Shown here: positions 7,741-18,000 of the stretch, piece after piece
Layout of the letters: each line of letters starts with the position of its first letter
Position numbering within the stretch: the stretch's first letter is position 1
IMG/VR virus record: IMGVR_UViG_3300025410_000014
Strand: one strand, 5' to 3'
Length of the DNA stretch: 29,112 nt
Origin: an uncultured virus (IMG/VR IMGVR_UViG_3300025410_000014)
Taxonomy: Duplodnaviria > Heunggongvirae > Uroviricota > Caudoviricetes
The notes under the pieces: generated by a model
What the model was told of the DNA's origin: nothing
Seen by the model: only the letters and a program-made list of their open reading frames with translations
The model's database searches: none
Program-made: the position numbers and the translations under genes

Positions 7741-8631
7741 ATGAGCAACGACATCATGTTAGATTTGGGACTACCAAACTATTTAAAAGAGATTGAGTTA
7801 GACGAGACCACTAAAGCCCTAATGGGTGGCACAAGTGGTATGGGTATGAAGCGCATCTCCATCAAAGGTGGTGTGTGGAGACTCATGGCAAATGGCAAAG
7901 AGATTTCAAAGAATGAAGATCGTTCAATGAATGTTGTCATCGTTGCCGCCGCACCAAAAGTATCGAGAACTTTTTACTTGAAGAGTTACTCAGAAGGTAG
8001 CGAGCCTGCCGCACCTGATTGTTGGTCTGCTGATGGTGAAGTGCCTGATGCAAAGTCTTCTATTCCACAAGCCAAGCGTTGCATAGACTGCGATCAAAAC
8101 GTCAAAGGTTCAGGTCAAGGTGATAGCCGTGCTTGCAGATTCAGTCAACGTATTGCAGTTGTGTTGGCTAATGATATCAAGGGCGATGTCATGCAACTCA
8201 CATTACCATCTAAATCTATCTTCGGAGCGGGGGAGCCTGGGAAGTGGCCTCTACAAACATATGCAAAGATGTTAGGCAGTAAAGGTATACCAGTCACGGC
8301 CGTAGCAACTGAGATGCGTTTTGATACTAATAGCGCAACGCCTGTCATTACATTCAAACCTGTTCGTGTGCTTGAGACTCATGAGCATCAAGTTGTGATT
8401 GAGCAAGGCAAAACATTGGAAGCTAAGAACGCTATTACAATGACTGTTGCTGAGGCTGATGGTATTAAATTGCCTAAATTGGAAGCCCCTGTGGAAGCAC
8501 CCAAGGCTAAAGAACCAAAGGCTGAAGCTAAAGTGGAAGACGTTGAGCCAGTCAAACGCTCTGCTAAGAAGGAAGAAGAGCCAGCACCCAAGAAAGACTT
8601 GTCAAAGATTCTTGAAGAGTGGGATGACTAA
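7741..8631 (+). CDS. putative single-stranded DNA-binding/annealing protein
   Basis: AGGAG RBS; beta-rich core with a Cys cluster, flexible P/K/E/A linker and an acidic-aromatic C-terminus (EEWDD) typical of phage SSBs; replication context. Confidence 0.6.
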   Translation: MSNDIMLDLGLPNYLKEIELDETTKALMGGTSGMGMKRISIKGGVWRLMANGKEISKNEDRSMNVVIVAAAPKVSRTFYLKSYSEGSEPAAPDCWSADGEVPDAKSSIPQAKRCIDCDQNVKGSGQGDSRACRFSQRIAVVLANDIKGDVMQLTLPSKSIFGAGEPGKWPLQTYAKMLGSKGIPVTAVATEMRFDTNSATPVITFKPVRVLETHEHQVVIEQGKTLEAKNAITMTVAEADGIKLPKLEAPVEAPKAKEPKAEAKVEDVEPVKRSAKKEEEPAPKKDLSKILEEWDD

Positions 8632-8633
8632 TC

Positions 8634-8864
8634 ATGCCTAAAGGGTACTCACTTCTGACAGTGCAGGAAGTTAAGGAAGCCAATCAAAATTTGCTTGGTG
8701 TAAAACTGGGTAAAATTTGCATTGAACGAGACATCCCAGTCACAGACGTTGCAGAGTTCTTTGGAGTGAGCCGTGTAACTATCTACTCATGGTTTCGTGG
8801 GCAGGTAGTTGTATCGGGTAAACACGCAGAGAAAATGCAGAAGCTAATCACAAAATTAGCGTAA
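8634..8864 (+). CDS. XRE/Cro-like helix-turn-helix protein
   Basis: VTDVAEFFGVSRVTIYSWFRG is a canonical HTH. Confidence 0.85.
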   Translation: MPKGYSLLTVQEVKEANQNLLGVKLGKICIERDIPVTDVAEFFGVSRVTIYSWFRGQVVVSGKHAEKMQKLITKLA

Positions 8865-8869
8865 CGGTT

Positions 8870-8951
8870 TGAGGGGGCTAGGCTAGCTACCGAAAAGGGT
8901 GCTCCGTCTCATCCCTGCCCAACTCATTTAAAAGACGAACCAAGGACGGAT
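8870..8951 (+). promoter_or_regulatory. putative structured cis-regulatory RNA leader of the primase-helicase
   Basis: Outer stem 8870-8878/8917-8926, inner stem 8896-8901/8910-8916; loop TCCGTC (8903-8908) is complementary to GACGGA (8945-8950) next to the start codon. Confidence 0.6.
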
Positions 8952-11798
8952 ATGATTTCGAGAAACGAGTTTCTCAGGCTTGTGCTCCCCCCATTACAAG
9001 CTGATGAGTATTACTGCGCTTTCGGGATCGCAACAGTTAATGAAAAAGATATAGTTGATCAGAAGTTTGTAGATAGTATTGAAGAACTAAGTTATAAAGC
9101 AAACTACTTTGTTGAGTATAACTTTAATGCTTTCTTTGCTTTAGCTAAATATGGTGACCCGAAGAATGGGCGTACCACAAACAACGCAATATCTCTAAAG
9201 TCGTTTTTCATTGATCTTGATTGCGGGCCTGGAAAGCCTTATGCAGATTTGAGTGAAGGGCTTGTTGCCCTAAAAGATTTTTGTAAGAAAACAAAACTGC
9301 CTCGCCCAACTATTGTGAAGTCAGGGCTTGGTGCACACATATACTGGGTGCTTGATGAATCAATGCCGAGGAAACAATGGAAGCTCCATGCTGAGAGGCT
9401 GAAAGAGTTATGTGTAGAACACAAGTTTGATGTTGACCCCGCAGTCACAGGGGAAGCGGCACGGGTGCTTAGAGTGCCTGAGACTTACCATTTGAAAGAC
9501 CCAACCAATCCAATCTTGGTTGAGGTACTGCACGTTGCTCCGACCATAAGCAACATTAAAGACTTACTGCCCCCATCCGAAGATGCGTTGGCTGTGTTAG
9601 AAAGGGCTGAGTTTAAACGCCCAATGGATGCAGTGACGCTAGCGTTGATGGGTGCGAGCCAGTCTAGGTTTAAGACTATTCTAATTAAATCTGTCGAAGG
9701 CACAGGCTGTAAACAGATTGTTGGCATCTACGATAACCAACACGACATTGATGAGCCGTTGTGGAGAGCGGGACTAAGTATTGCGCACCAGTGTATAGAT
9801 AGGGATAAAGCAATCCATATCATATCGCACAAGCATCCTGATTACTCTGCAACAACTACTGAGAAGAAGGCCAACGAGACGAAGGGGCCTTACACATGTG
9901 AGACGTTTAAGAAACTAAATCCAAGTGGGTGCGAGGGATGCACACTAAAGATTACATCTCCAATTCAGATTGGCAAAGAGATTGTTGAGGCTACTGAAGA
10001 AGACAATAAGGTCATGGACTTAGAGCCTGAGACCAAAGAACTAAAAGAGTTTGTGATACCGAAGTATCCACATCCGTTCTTTAGAGGCAAAGTAGGTGGT
10101 ATATACCAAAGAGTCAAGACGGCAGATGGTGAAGAAGTAGAAGACATTGTGTACCCATACGACTTCTATGTTGTCAAGCGTATGCAAGACCCTGAATTGG
10201 GTGAGACAGTGCTACTGAGATTGCACTTGCCAAAAGATGGTGTACGTGAGTTCATTATGACGCTAGCCAGCGTATTATCCAAAGAGAAATTCATCAGCAC
10301 AGTTGCATCATTTGGTGTGACTGCATTAGGCAAAAAGCAGGATGCGCTTATGTATTATGTAACTAAATGGGTGGAAGAATTACAAATGAATTCGCAAGCA
10401 GAAAAAGCATATAAGCAATTTGGATGGATTGAAGACGAGTCAGGCATCATTGTCGGTGACAGAGAGATACGTGCAACAGAAGTGGTGTATAGCCCGCCAT
10501 CAAGCCCAACGCTACCGCACGTGCCGTTCTTCCAAGCCAAGGGCGACTTCCAAGTATGGAAAGATACAATTAATGTATACGGCAAAGAAGGCATGGAGGA
10601 CAGAGCCTTTGCATTCTTTATGGGCTTTGGCACTATGCTGATGAAATTTACGGCGCTTGATGGGTTTTTGCTAAACTTGTTTAGTCGTGAATCAGGATCA
10701 GGGAAAACCACTATTCTGCAAGCGATCAACAGTATCTACGGCAGACCAAAAGAACTCCTACTTTCTCCCAAGGATACATATAACTCACGCATGGGCAGGA
10801 TGGGAGTCATGCAAAACTTTGCGGTTACATTGGATGAGATTACCAATATGCCCGCTGATCAAATGTCGCAACAAGCCTATGACGTGACATCAGGTAGGGG
10901 CAAGAACCGCTACAAGCAGCATGAGAATGCAGAGCGCATGAATAACACCAAGTGGCAAACTGGCTTGATCACGTCATCTAACAGGGTCATTGCCGATGCA
11001 TTGCTATCTGTTAAGGGTTTTCCCGATGGTGAGTTGAAGCGCATAATGGAGATTAACATTAAGCCCGATCCGTTTGATGACGCAACATGGGCACGTCAAC
11101 ACTTTGGCAAACTAATGGATAACTACGGACATGCCATACAACCATACGCACAGGCATTGGTTGCCCAACTACCAATGGTCAAAGCACAGTTGGCAGAAGT
11201 CCAGTTGCGTATTGAGCAAGCCGCCAATATTAAAAACGCTGAGAGGTACTGGGCATTGATGGCATCCCTTAGTATCACAGGCGGGGCAATCGCTAAAACC
11301 CTTGGACTGCATGACATACCAATCAAACCAGTCTTTAACTACGCTATAGACCTAATAAATAATACACGGAACAAGACACGTGAGTACATGTTTGACGGAG
11401 ATGATTTCCTAGGTGGGTTCTTGCAACGCCACTTCTCTGAGATATTGGTCATTAACGGCAATAAGGATAACCGCACAGGGCTAGAGCATGGCCCGATCAA
11501 AGAGCCAAGGGGTGCATTGACTGCACGCTATGAGCCTGATACCAAGAATCTTTACATTGTTAACCGCACATATAGGGAAGATTGCGCTAAGAATTTTATG
11601 AACTACGAGGAGTCCTTAGCCCCGTATCGTAAATCCAAATCATTACTTGGCGTGAAGAAAAAGCGCATGACGGCAGGTACTCTTGCAAATACGCAAGCCC
11701 CAGTAAATGCACTGTGCTTTGATTCGACTAAGCTAGACTTCTTCAATGAGACTGTATTGTTAAATGCTGAAGATTCTAAATCTACCGATACTGATTGA
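8952..11798 (+). CDS. primase-helicase: N-terminal AEP/RepB'-like primase, Cys-containing linker, DUF927-like region and P-loop ATPase
   Basis: FFIDLD, KSGLGAHIYW, RVLRVPET (primase motifs); CETF...CEGC; Walker A ESGSGKTT; Walker B VTLDE; ITSSN. Confidence 0.88.
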   Translation: MISRNEFLRLVLPPLQADEYYCAFGIATVNEKDIVDQKFVDSIEELSYKANYFVEYNFNAFFALAKYGDPKNGRTTNNAISLKSFFIDLDCGPGKPYADLSEGLVALKDFCKKTKLPRPTIVKSGLGAHIYWVLDESMPRKQWKLHAERLKELCVEHKFDVDPAVTGEAARVLRVPETYHLKDPTNPILVEVLHVAPTISNIKDLLPPSEDALAVLERAEFKRPMDAVTLALMGASQSRFKTILIKSVEGTGCKQIVGIYDNQHDIDEPLWRAGLSIAHQCIDRDKAIHIISHKHPDYSATTTEKKANETKGPYTCETFKKLNPSGCEGCTLKITSPIQIGKEIVEATEEDNKVMDLEPETKELKEFVIPKYPHPFFRGKVGGIYQRVKTADGEEVEDIVYPYDFYVVKRMQDPELGETVLLRLHLPKDGVREFIMTLASVLSKEKFISTVASFGVTALGKKQDALMYYVTKWVEELQMNSQAEKAYKQFGWIEDESGIIVGDREIRATEVVYSPPSSPTLPHVPFFQAKGDFQVWKDTINVYGKEGMEDRAFAFFMGFGTMLMKFTALDGFLLNLFSRESGSGKTTILQAINSIYGRPKELLLSPKDTYNSRMGRMGVMQNFAVTLDEITNMPADQMSQQAYDVTSGRGKNRYKQHENAERMNNTKWQTGLITSSNRVIADALLSVKGFPDGELKRIMEINIKPDPFDDATWARQHFGKLMDNYGHAIQPYAQALVAQLPMVKAQLAEVQLRIEQAANIKNAERYWALMASLSITGGAIAKTLGLHDIPIKPVFNYAIDLINNTRNKTREYMFDGDDFLGGFLQRHFSEILVINGNKDNRTGLEHGPIKEPRGALTARYEPDTKNLYIVNRTYREDCAKNFMNYEESLAPYRKSKSLLGVKKKRMTAGTLANTQAPVNALCFDSTKLDFFNETVLLNAEDSKSTDTD

Positions 11799-11973
11799 AT
11801 GGGACAAGTTTAAAGGAGGCACATCCTTCTTTATCCCTTGCCTAGATCGCAGGGCAACTCAAAGGTACGTACAAGCGGAAGCCAGGCGCCATAGGTTAAG
11901 CGTGATCTGTAAACAAGTTATAGAGAACAATATTTACGGCTTGCGCGTTTGGAGAAAGGAAGATACAATTTAG
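11764..11973 (+). CDS. small basic phage protein (GxSFFIP...GLRVWR type), possibly DNA-binding
   Basis: Recognisable motif; overlaps the primase 3' end. Confidence 0.75.
   Translation: MLKILNLPILIEWDKFKGGTSFFIPCLDRRATQRYVQAEARRHRLSVICKQVIENNIYGLRVWRKEDTI
11941..11969 (+). promoter_or_regulatory. putative sigma70-type promoter
   Basis: TTGCGC (11941-11946), 17-bp spacer, TACAAT (11964-11969). Confidence 0.5.
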
Positions 11974-11975
11974 TG

Positions 11976-12032
11976 TCAGTTGCACTCTACTTCCTAGAAG
12001 TACTTAGCCCCCGCTGGTCGGGGGCTTTTTTT
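11976..12032 (+). ncRNA. candidate small RNA (~55 nt)
   Basis: Lies between the predicted promoter and the intrinsic terminator; no ORF; internal hairpin TACTTC-CTA-GAAGTA (11988-12002). Boundaries are inferred. Confidence 0.4.
12006..12032 (+). terminator. rho-independent terminator between the convergent gene blocks
   Basis: AGCCCCCG-CTGGT-CGGGGGCT hairpin followed by a T-run. Confidence 0.92.
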
Positions 12033-15000
12033 CAATCTTCAGAAAACTTCTCTCTGATTTCGGGCAACAACTTCTTGTTGTAAACAATTCCGTCAATCAT
12101 GTTTTTCTCATTGGCTTTGCGTGCAGTCTCAGATTTCTGCAAAGTAGCTGATGTAATACGCTCACCCGGATGTGCTTCATTGAATGAAGTGATCTTGTCT
12201 TGGGTACTACTCATCAAATCTGTATCACCAGCCGTTCTTGCTAAGTCGTAGAGATTGAGCAACTTAGTCTTGCGTGCCAATACTTCTTTTTGGAACTGAG
12301 TACGTGCGCTAGACATTTCGTACATATTAGATAGATCAGCAGGTGCAAAGCCCGCTATCTGCATCAGGCCATTGTATGTATTGATGTCTGATTCAATTGG
12401 GTCACCCTTGAGAGTCTGCGCACCCTCAGTCATGTACCTAAACCCTTTCATACCATTACGCACAAAGCTAGGAGCTAAGGCTTCAAACGCACGTTCGGTA
12501 TGTCCTTCAGCCATCATCTTGGCAGCGTTTTCTGCGTTGACTGCATACGATGCGGCAGGGCCAAGAGCTTGTTGAATGATGGTTAATGTTAGGCCATGAT
12601 CTGCTACGCTACGTGGGTCATCACGATAGATTAGATCGGTTGCAAGACCAACACGATTAGATATCTCTAAATTAGTTAGATAGTTAACTGGGCCTTTGTA
12701 TGCAAACTCACCAAAGAAATCACGCATCTCTTCATTGAAGTCAAAAGGTTCATCATCGTCACCGAACAATGCGTTGATAATGCTGGCTAGAGTTGAAGCT
12801 GCTCCGTAAAAAGGTAGTCCTTTAGCGCCAGCAAATGCCATACCCATACCATACGTACCAATAAGTTGACGCATTGCAGCTTGGCGTACTACCGGTGTCT
12901 CACCTTTAAATGCTTGATGGAATGCACGACCAATAACGAATGCACTATTCCAAGCAAATGATTTAAATGTAAATGCTACCCTGCCTAGTGGGTGTTGCAT
13001 CCACTTGGGCGCAGTGACGGACATACCTGATGTATGTGCATCTTTAACAGTGTCGATGGCTTCACGGATAGCTTGTGCTTCGCTCTTACCTTTTTGTTTG
13101 GCTAAGTCATAAGCAGCCACGGCGGTAACGGCACGATTGTATTTTTCACTTGCGGCAAATGGAATACTCAAAGCACCCAACATCTTTGCTTTTAACCCAG
13201 TAAATTCACTTGTGCTTTGTCTGCGACCTTCCAATACTTCACGTGCCATCGTATGCTCAAGCTGACCATGATCCATCAGAGCTTCGTACAAATTCTTATA
13301 GCGTGCGTTTTTGTCTAGCCCGTTGATAGCAATTTTGCTTGCATTCATCATGGCGCTTGTAGCACCTGCAAACCCATACTTGCCACTCAATATAGGCCAT
13401 ACCATCATGGGTAATGAGGTCACGTTAACCAGCGCAGATGAGGCGTTACCTGCAATGTATTCCATATAGCTTAGTGTGGTTGCCCCACTTACTAAATCAC
13501 TATATGTTGGGTTGTGCATAAACCCACGTTGATCATAAACATTTTGTGCTGCGGCATATACGGCAGGGGTATTGGTATTGCTAGCTTCTGCGCCAATAGC
13601 ATCAATGGCTTTATCTATCTCTGGAGAATATGCAGAGTCAGAAAGCTTTCTTGCCCACTTGATCATGGTGTCGCCATAGCCACGCACAATGTCACGCTCC
13701 ATGCCACGCACGTTCTCGGACTTCATGAACTGTTTGACTAAAGACTGTGCGGGGAACAACGCTAAGTACGATTGGTACACATTGTTGAGCTGCTCTTGAC
13801 TTGCACCATTTTTTTGTAGCCCGTGCATGATCTGACCCAAGAACGATGTTGGTGGGACTAGACCTTGTTGATACTGTGCGTTTTGTAGATTTTGATAGGA
13901 CTTATGCTGTGCGCCTTTTAGCACATCCTTAATGAACTTATCACGTTCACGAATAGACTCAAACGCTGAAGCAGCACGTTCGCCAGTAGTAGGATCTGCA
14001 TACTCTACCCAAAAATCACCACGGCGCAGGAATGGTATGTACCCAGGCACACGGCGTTTAGTTTGGAACTCAGCTTTGATGCGAGCAGCAAGCGATGGCG
14101 TAGCGTTGGCTAATAGAATTTTTTCATACTCATTGATTGAGTCTTCATATGAATTGCGTATAGTCTTATAAACGTCTTGAACTTCTTTAGGTAATGCATG
14201 GTATATGGTTCTTAGTCTTGCAAACTCTGATGCGTTTTCTTTTGTTGTTGGGAATTTAGGGTTAAGGATGTCCACTTCTGCCAAGCGAGCATCGTAAGCC
14301 ATGTCATTCATGCGCTCCATTGCTGCCTTATGTTTCTTAAAGACATCAGTGAAGTGCTTGTAGTTTTTGTTGATTTCCTTGATGCGTCTCTCTTGCGTAC
14401 CATTACGTTTCTCAAGTGCATCTATCAATCGTTGGATTGAAGGAAGTTGTTTCTTGTAAATAGTGTTTAAGTGATCAAGGCGCAACAGCCCAAATGCTAA
14501 CTTAGTTGTGGATGGCCCTGCATACATAGGGCTATTTTTATCCGCAATGTTTGAGAATGTGTTTCTAGCTTTATCAACTGCTTCTCGTGTAAGGTTGGGC
14601 ATGTTTTTGCCAATTTCGCCTACTGTGCGAAAAGCATCATTAACTGCTTGTCCCGTGCTCATAAACATCTTTTCAGATGGCGTTGCTTCCACGTCCCGTG
14701 AAACATCTATAGCATCATTAATAAATTTCAAACCCGCATTATAAGCAGATTGACCTTTACGGAATCCAAAGAACTCAGCAATAGACTGCATGATTCTTTC
14801 AAACAAGTTGCCGCTCTTAGGGGCTTTGATTGTTTTAAGAACTGCTTGGAAGTTGGGGTTACCTACTAACTCAGAAGCAAACTCCTGCAAGTCCTGCGCA
14901 CCATAGGCAGCGCCTAATTGATTTTGTATTTGGTCAAAAAACTTTAAGAATTGTTTAGTAAGCGGATGGTTACGGTTATTAAGTACGTGCGATATTGCAG

Positions 15001-18000
15001 CGTGTGTAATCTCATGAATTGCAGTATGCTCATTTAGCCCATGTTCGGGGTCAAGCGTAATTGTGTTGGTAGCAGGATCATAAGAACCAGCTTTGCCAAA
15101 ACCAACTTCACCAATAACAATCTTGGGATTTAACCCAAGTGCTTTAAACCTACGCAATACTTGCTTGATCTCATTGTTATCAATGGTCTTGATTAAATGG
15201 TCAAGAATATTATTGACATTGCCTTTTTTAACTAGATCAATACCCGCAGCATCTAAATTCTTACCTTTATAAGCAGGGCCATAGAATGTATCTTTGCCCA
15301 AAATTATTTGCATTTCGTTTTTAAACTGCCTCTTAAAAGCTTCAGGCAATTTGTCCATTGCATAATTAATAGCTTCTAAGATTTGACCTTTGTTGAGCAG
15401 CGCTATAAATCCTGGCGTATCTTTCTTGGTCAGGTAGTTATTTTTTATGTGCGTTAATGCTTCTTTAAACCTATCGGCAGAATTAAACCCAGGCCCTTTA
15501 CGATTAGTTTCTTTTGGTTCGGGTGGTATAGAATCTTCGTAAGCTTTTTTACGTGCAGCAGCTTCAGCAACTTTTTGTTGCACTGTGCTTTCAAATTCTT
15601 GATTGCCTAGCTTAGTTACGTTGCTGAGAAACTCTGCTCTTTTACTAGGAGATAAAGTATCTAGATGCGCCAAAATCTGTGCACCTTCAGGGCTACCAGT
15701 TGTTATCTCATGGTGCAATCTTTCAAGCAACTGTTTGTTTTTGATCTTTTGCGCTGCATCTTCTTTAGTGGATATTTCTTTATCCAACTGCAATAGATGG
15801 CGATACTCGTTAATTAGAGCAGGTAACCGCAATACTTTATGCGTAGCCGTGCCACGATGCGAACCAATCTCTAAAAACTTGCTATCAATACCTTTTTCTT
15901 GTGCAGCTTCATGGATGCGTGAAGTTAGAATGCTATCTACACGCTTATCGTTTTCTTCAATAAAGTCTTCTTGTTCTTTATTGGCTTCGACCGCACCCTT
16001 CTTTGCTTTTTCTTTTTTGCTTTTAGTGGGTTGTTTTTCTACTGGAGCGGGCTGTTCAACTTTTCCTGCATGTTTTTCTTTTAATTTTGTTAAGGTATAG
16101 TGTTTACCTTCAATCTTATTTTCTCTTTCAGATAAACTAAGTATTTTTCGTTTAACAGCTTCTTCGTTGGTAGTTTCTTTAGCACCTTTAGGAGTGTATG
16201 CAGAAGGAGGATTAATTCCATCGTCAACAACCATTTTTCCATCTGGCAGACGAGTAACTTTTACGTCATTGACTATTGGATTTGGTGTACCGTCAGTATT
16301 TGTATAATGTTGAGTTAATCTGTAATGCGTACCCTCAACATTAGCAGCTTCAGCTACAGTTTTTAAATAGCCTTCATGACCGCCTAGTGTTTCTAGTACC
16401 TCATGAACATTTTCTTGTTTTTCTACTGGAGCGGGCTTTCGGACTTCTCCTGCATTAACGCTTGGAGCATTCTGTTCAGCAGGAACATTTCCATCTCGTT
16501 CAGTTGGTTCAACTGTTCCGGCGGCTCCTCCAGCGGGTTCGCTAACCACCTCATTGCTTGTTCCAGTTGTGGTTGTGTCAGGTCTTGTAGCATCTTCAAC
16601 TCCTTGGAATTCTGGGCGACCTAAGAATGCTTCTACATTCTCACGTGCTTTTGTACTTGTTGTCTTTTCTGCATATGCTTCAAGCACACGTTTAACTTCA
16701 GCGGCATCGGCCGGGTTACTGATGTCCTTACCATGTATCAACTTGTTTCTAATAAACGTGGCGGTACGTCCTATGCCCAGGCCCTTAAACGTATTGTCGT
16801 CTATGGTTGTGGGAAGTTGTTGTGGTGTTAGCTGTGTAGGCTTCTGGACTACGGTAGGCTCTGAAGCTACTGCGGTAGTTTGATCCACAGGTGCAGCAGC
16901 TTGTTGTTCTACAGGTGCAGCTTGTGGCGGCGCAGGTTGTTCTTGCACTGGCGCAGTAGGGGCGGCTTGTTGCGGTGCAACTGTTGGAGCAGCAGGTGCA
17001 ACTTGTTGTTGTGTGGGCAGTACAGGCTTGGGGCCACGCTTGGCTGCTAAATTCTCATTCTCAGCTCTTTGCTGTGCAATAGTTTGTGCCAAAGGTGATG
17101 GCTGTCTAGCCAATGACAACAAGTCAATCTTGGTTGGTGCAATCTCAGCAATAGCGGCTTTAAGTTTTGCAGCGGCTTCTTTAGTTGCAGCAGCTTGGCG
17201 TTGTTGTTCTAAGCGCTCACGATTAGCCGCAGCTTTGTCAGCTTTAGCCACAGTCATTTCAGCTTGCTTGGTGGGTGCGCCCTGCTCGTCAAACAAACTA
17301 CCTTGCACGCCTTTGGGTTCTTTTGGCTCTACAACTTTAGGTGGTTTTGCAAACTGTCCTTCTGGCAACAAAGTTGTGTATGGCCCCATCTCCATACCAG
17401 GCAACTGCATCTGTTGTTGCTCATTGTTAAACTGGTCTATGTTTGCGCTTTGACGATTTGCTTCCGCAGTTAATTGACGGCCTGCCCGTTTTTGCAAAGC
17501 TTGCTCGTATTGCTGGGCACGCTCTCTACCTGCACGCCCACGCTCAATTGCCCCAGTAGTTGCGCCAAACGCACCACCACCTACTGCACCACGGACACTA
17601 GACTCCATGATGCGGTTCCACTCAGGACTACCAAATATCTGAGGATTTTTACCTACAAAGTTTTCAGCAGCAATGCTAATGGCTTCTTGCATACCTTCGG
17701 TAATGCCTTCTTCCCCCGCCGCCGCAAGCATGTTGGATGCAACAGAACGTAGCAATCCTTTGTCCATGCCAGACTTTTCCAATACCTTTTCTACTATGCC
17801 CATCTTCATTGGGCCAGTAAGGTTCTTCATTAGATGTGCAGGTAGCACAGAATCTAGTGCAGCAGCGCCAGCACCAAACAAAGCAGCGGCCCCAGGAGCT
17901 AGTTCACCTGTTTTGTCATAGATGTTTTGGAATACTTCAGGAGCGTTCTGGGCATATGAACCTAGAAAGATACCTGCGTTTTGTCCACGTGCCGCATACT

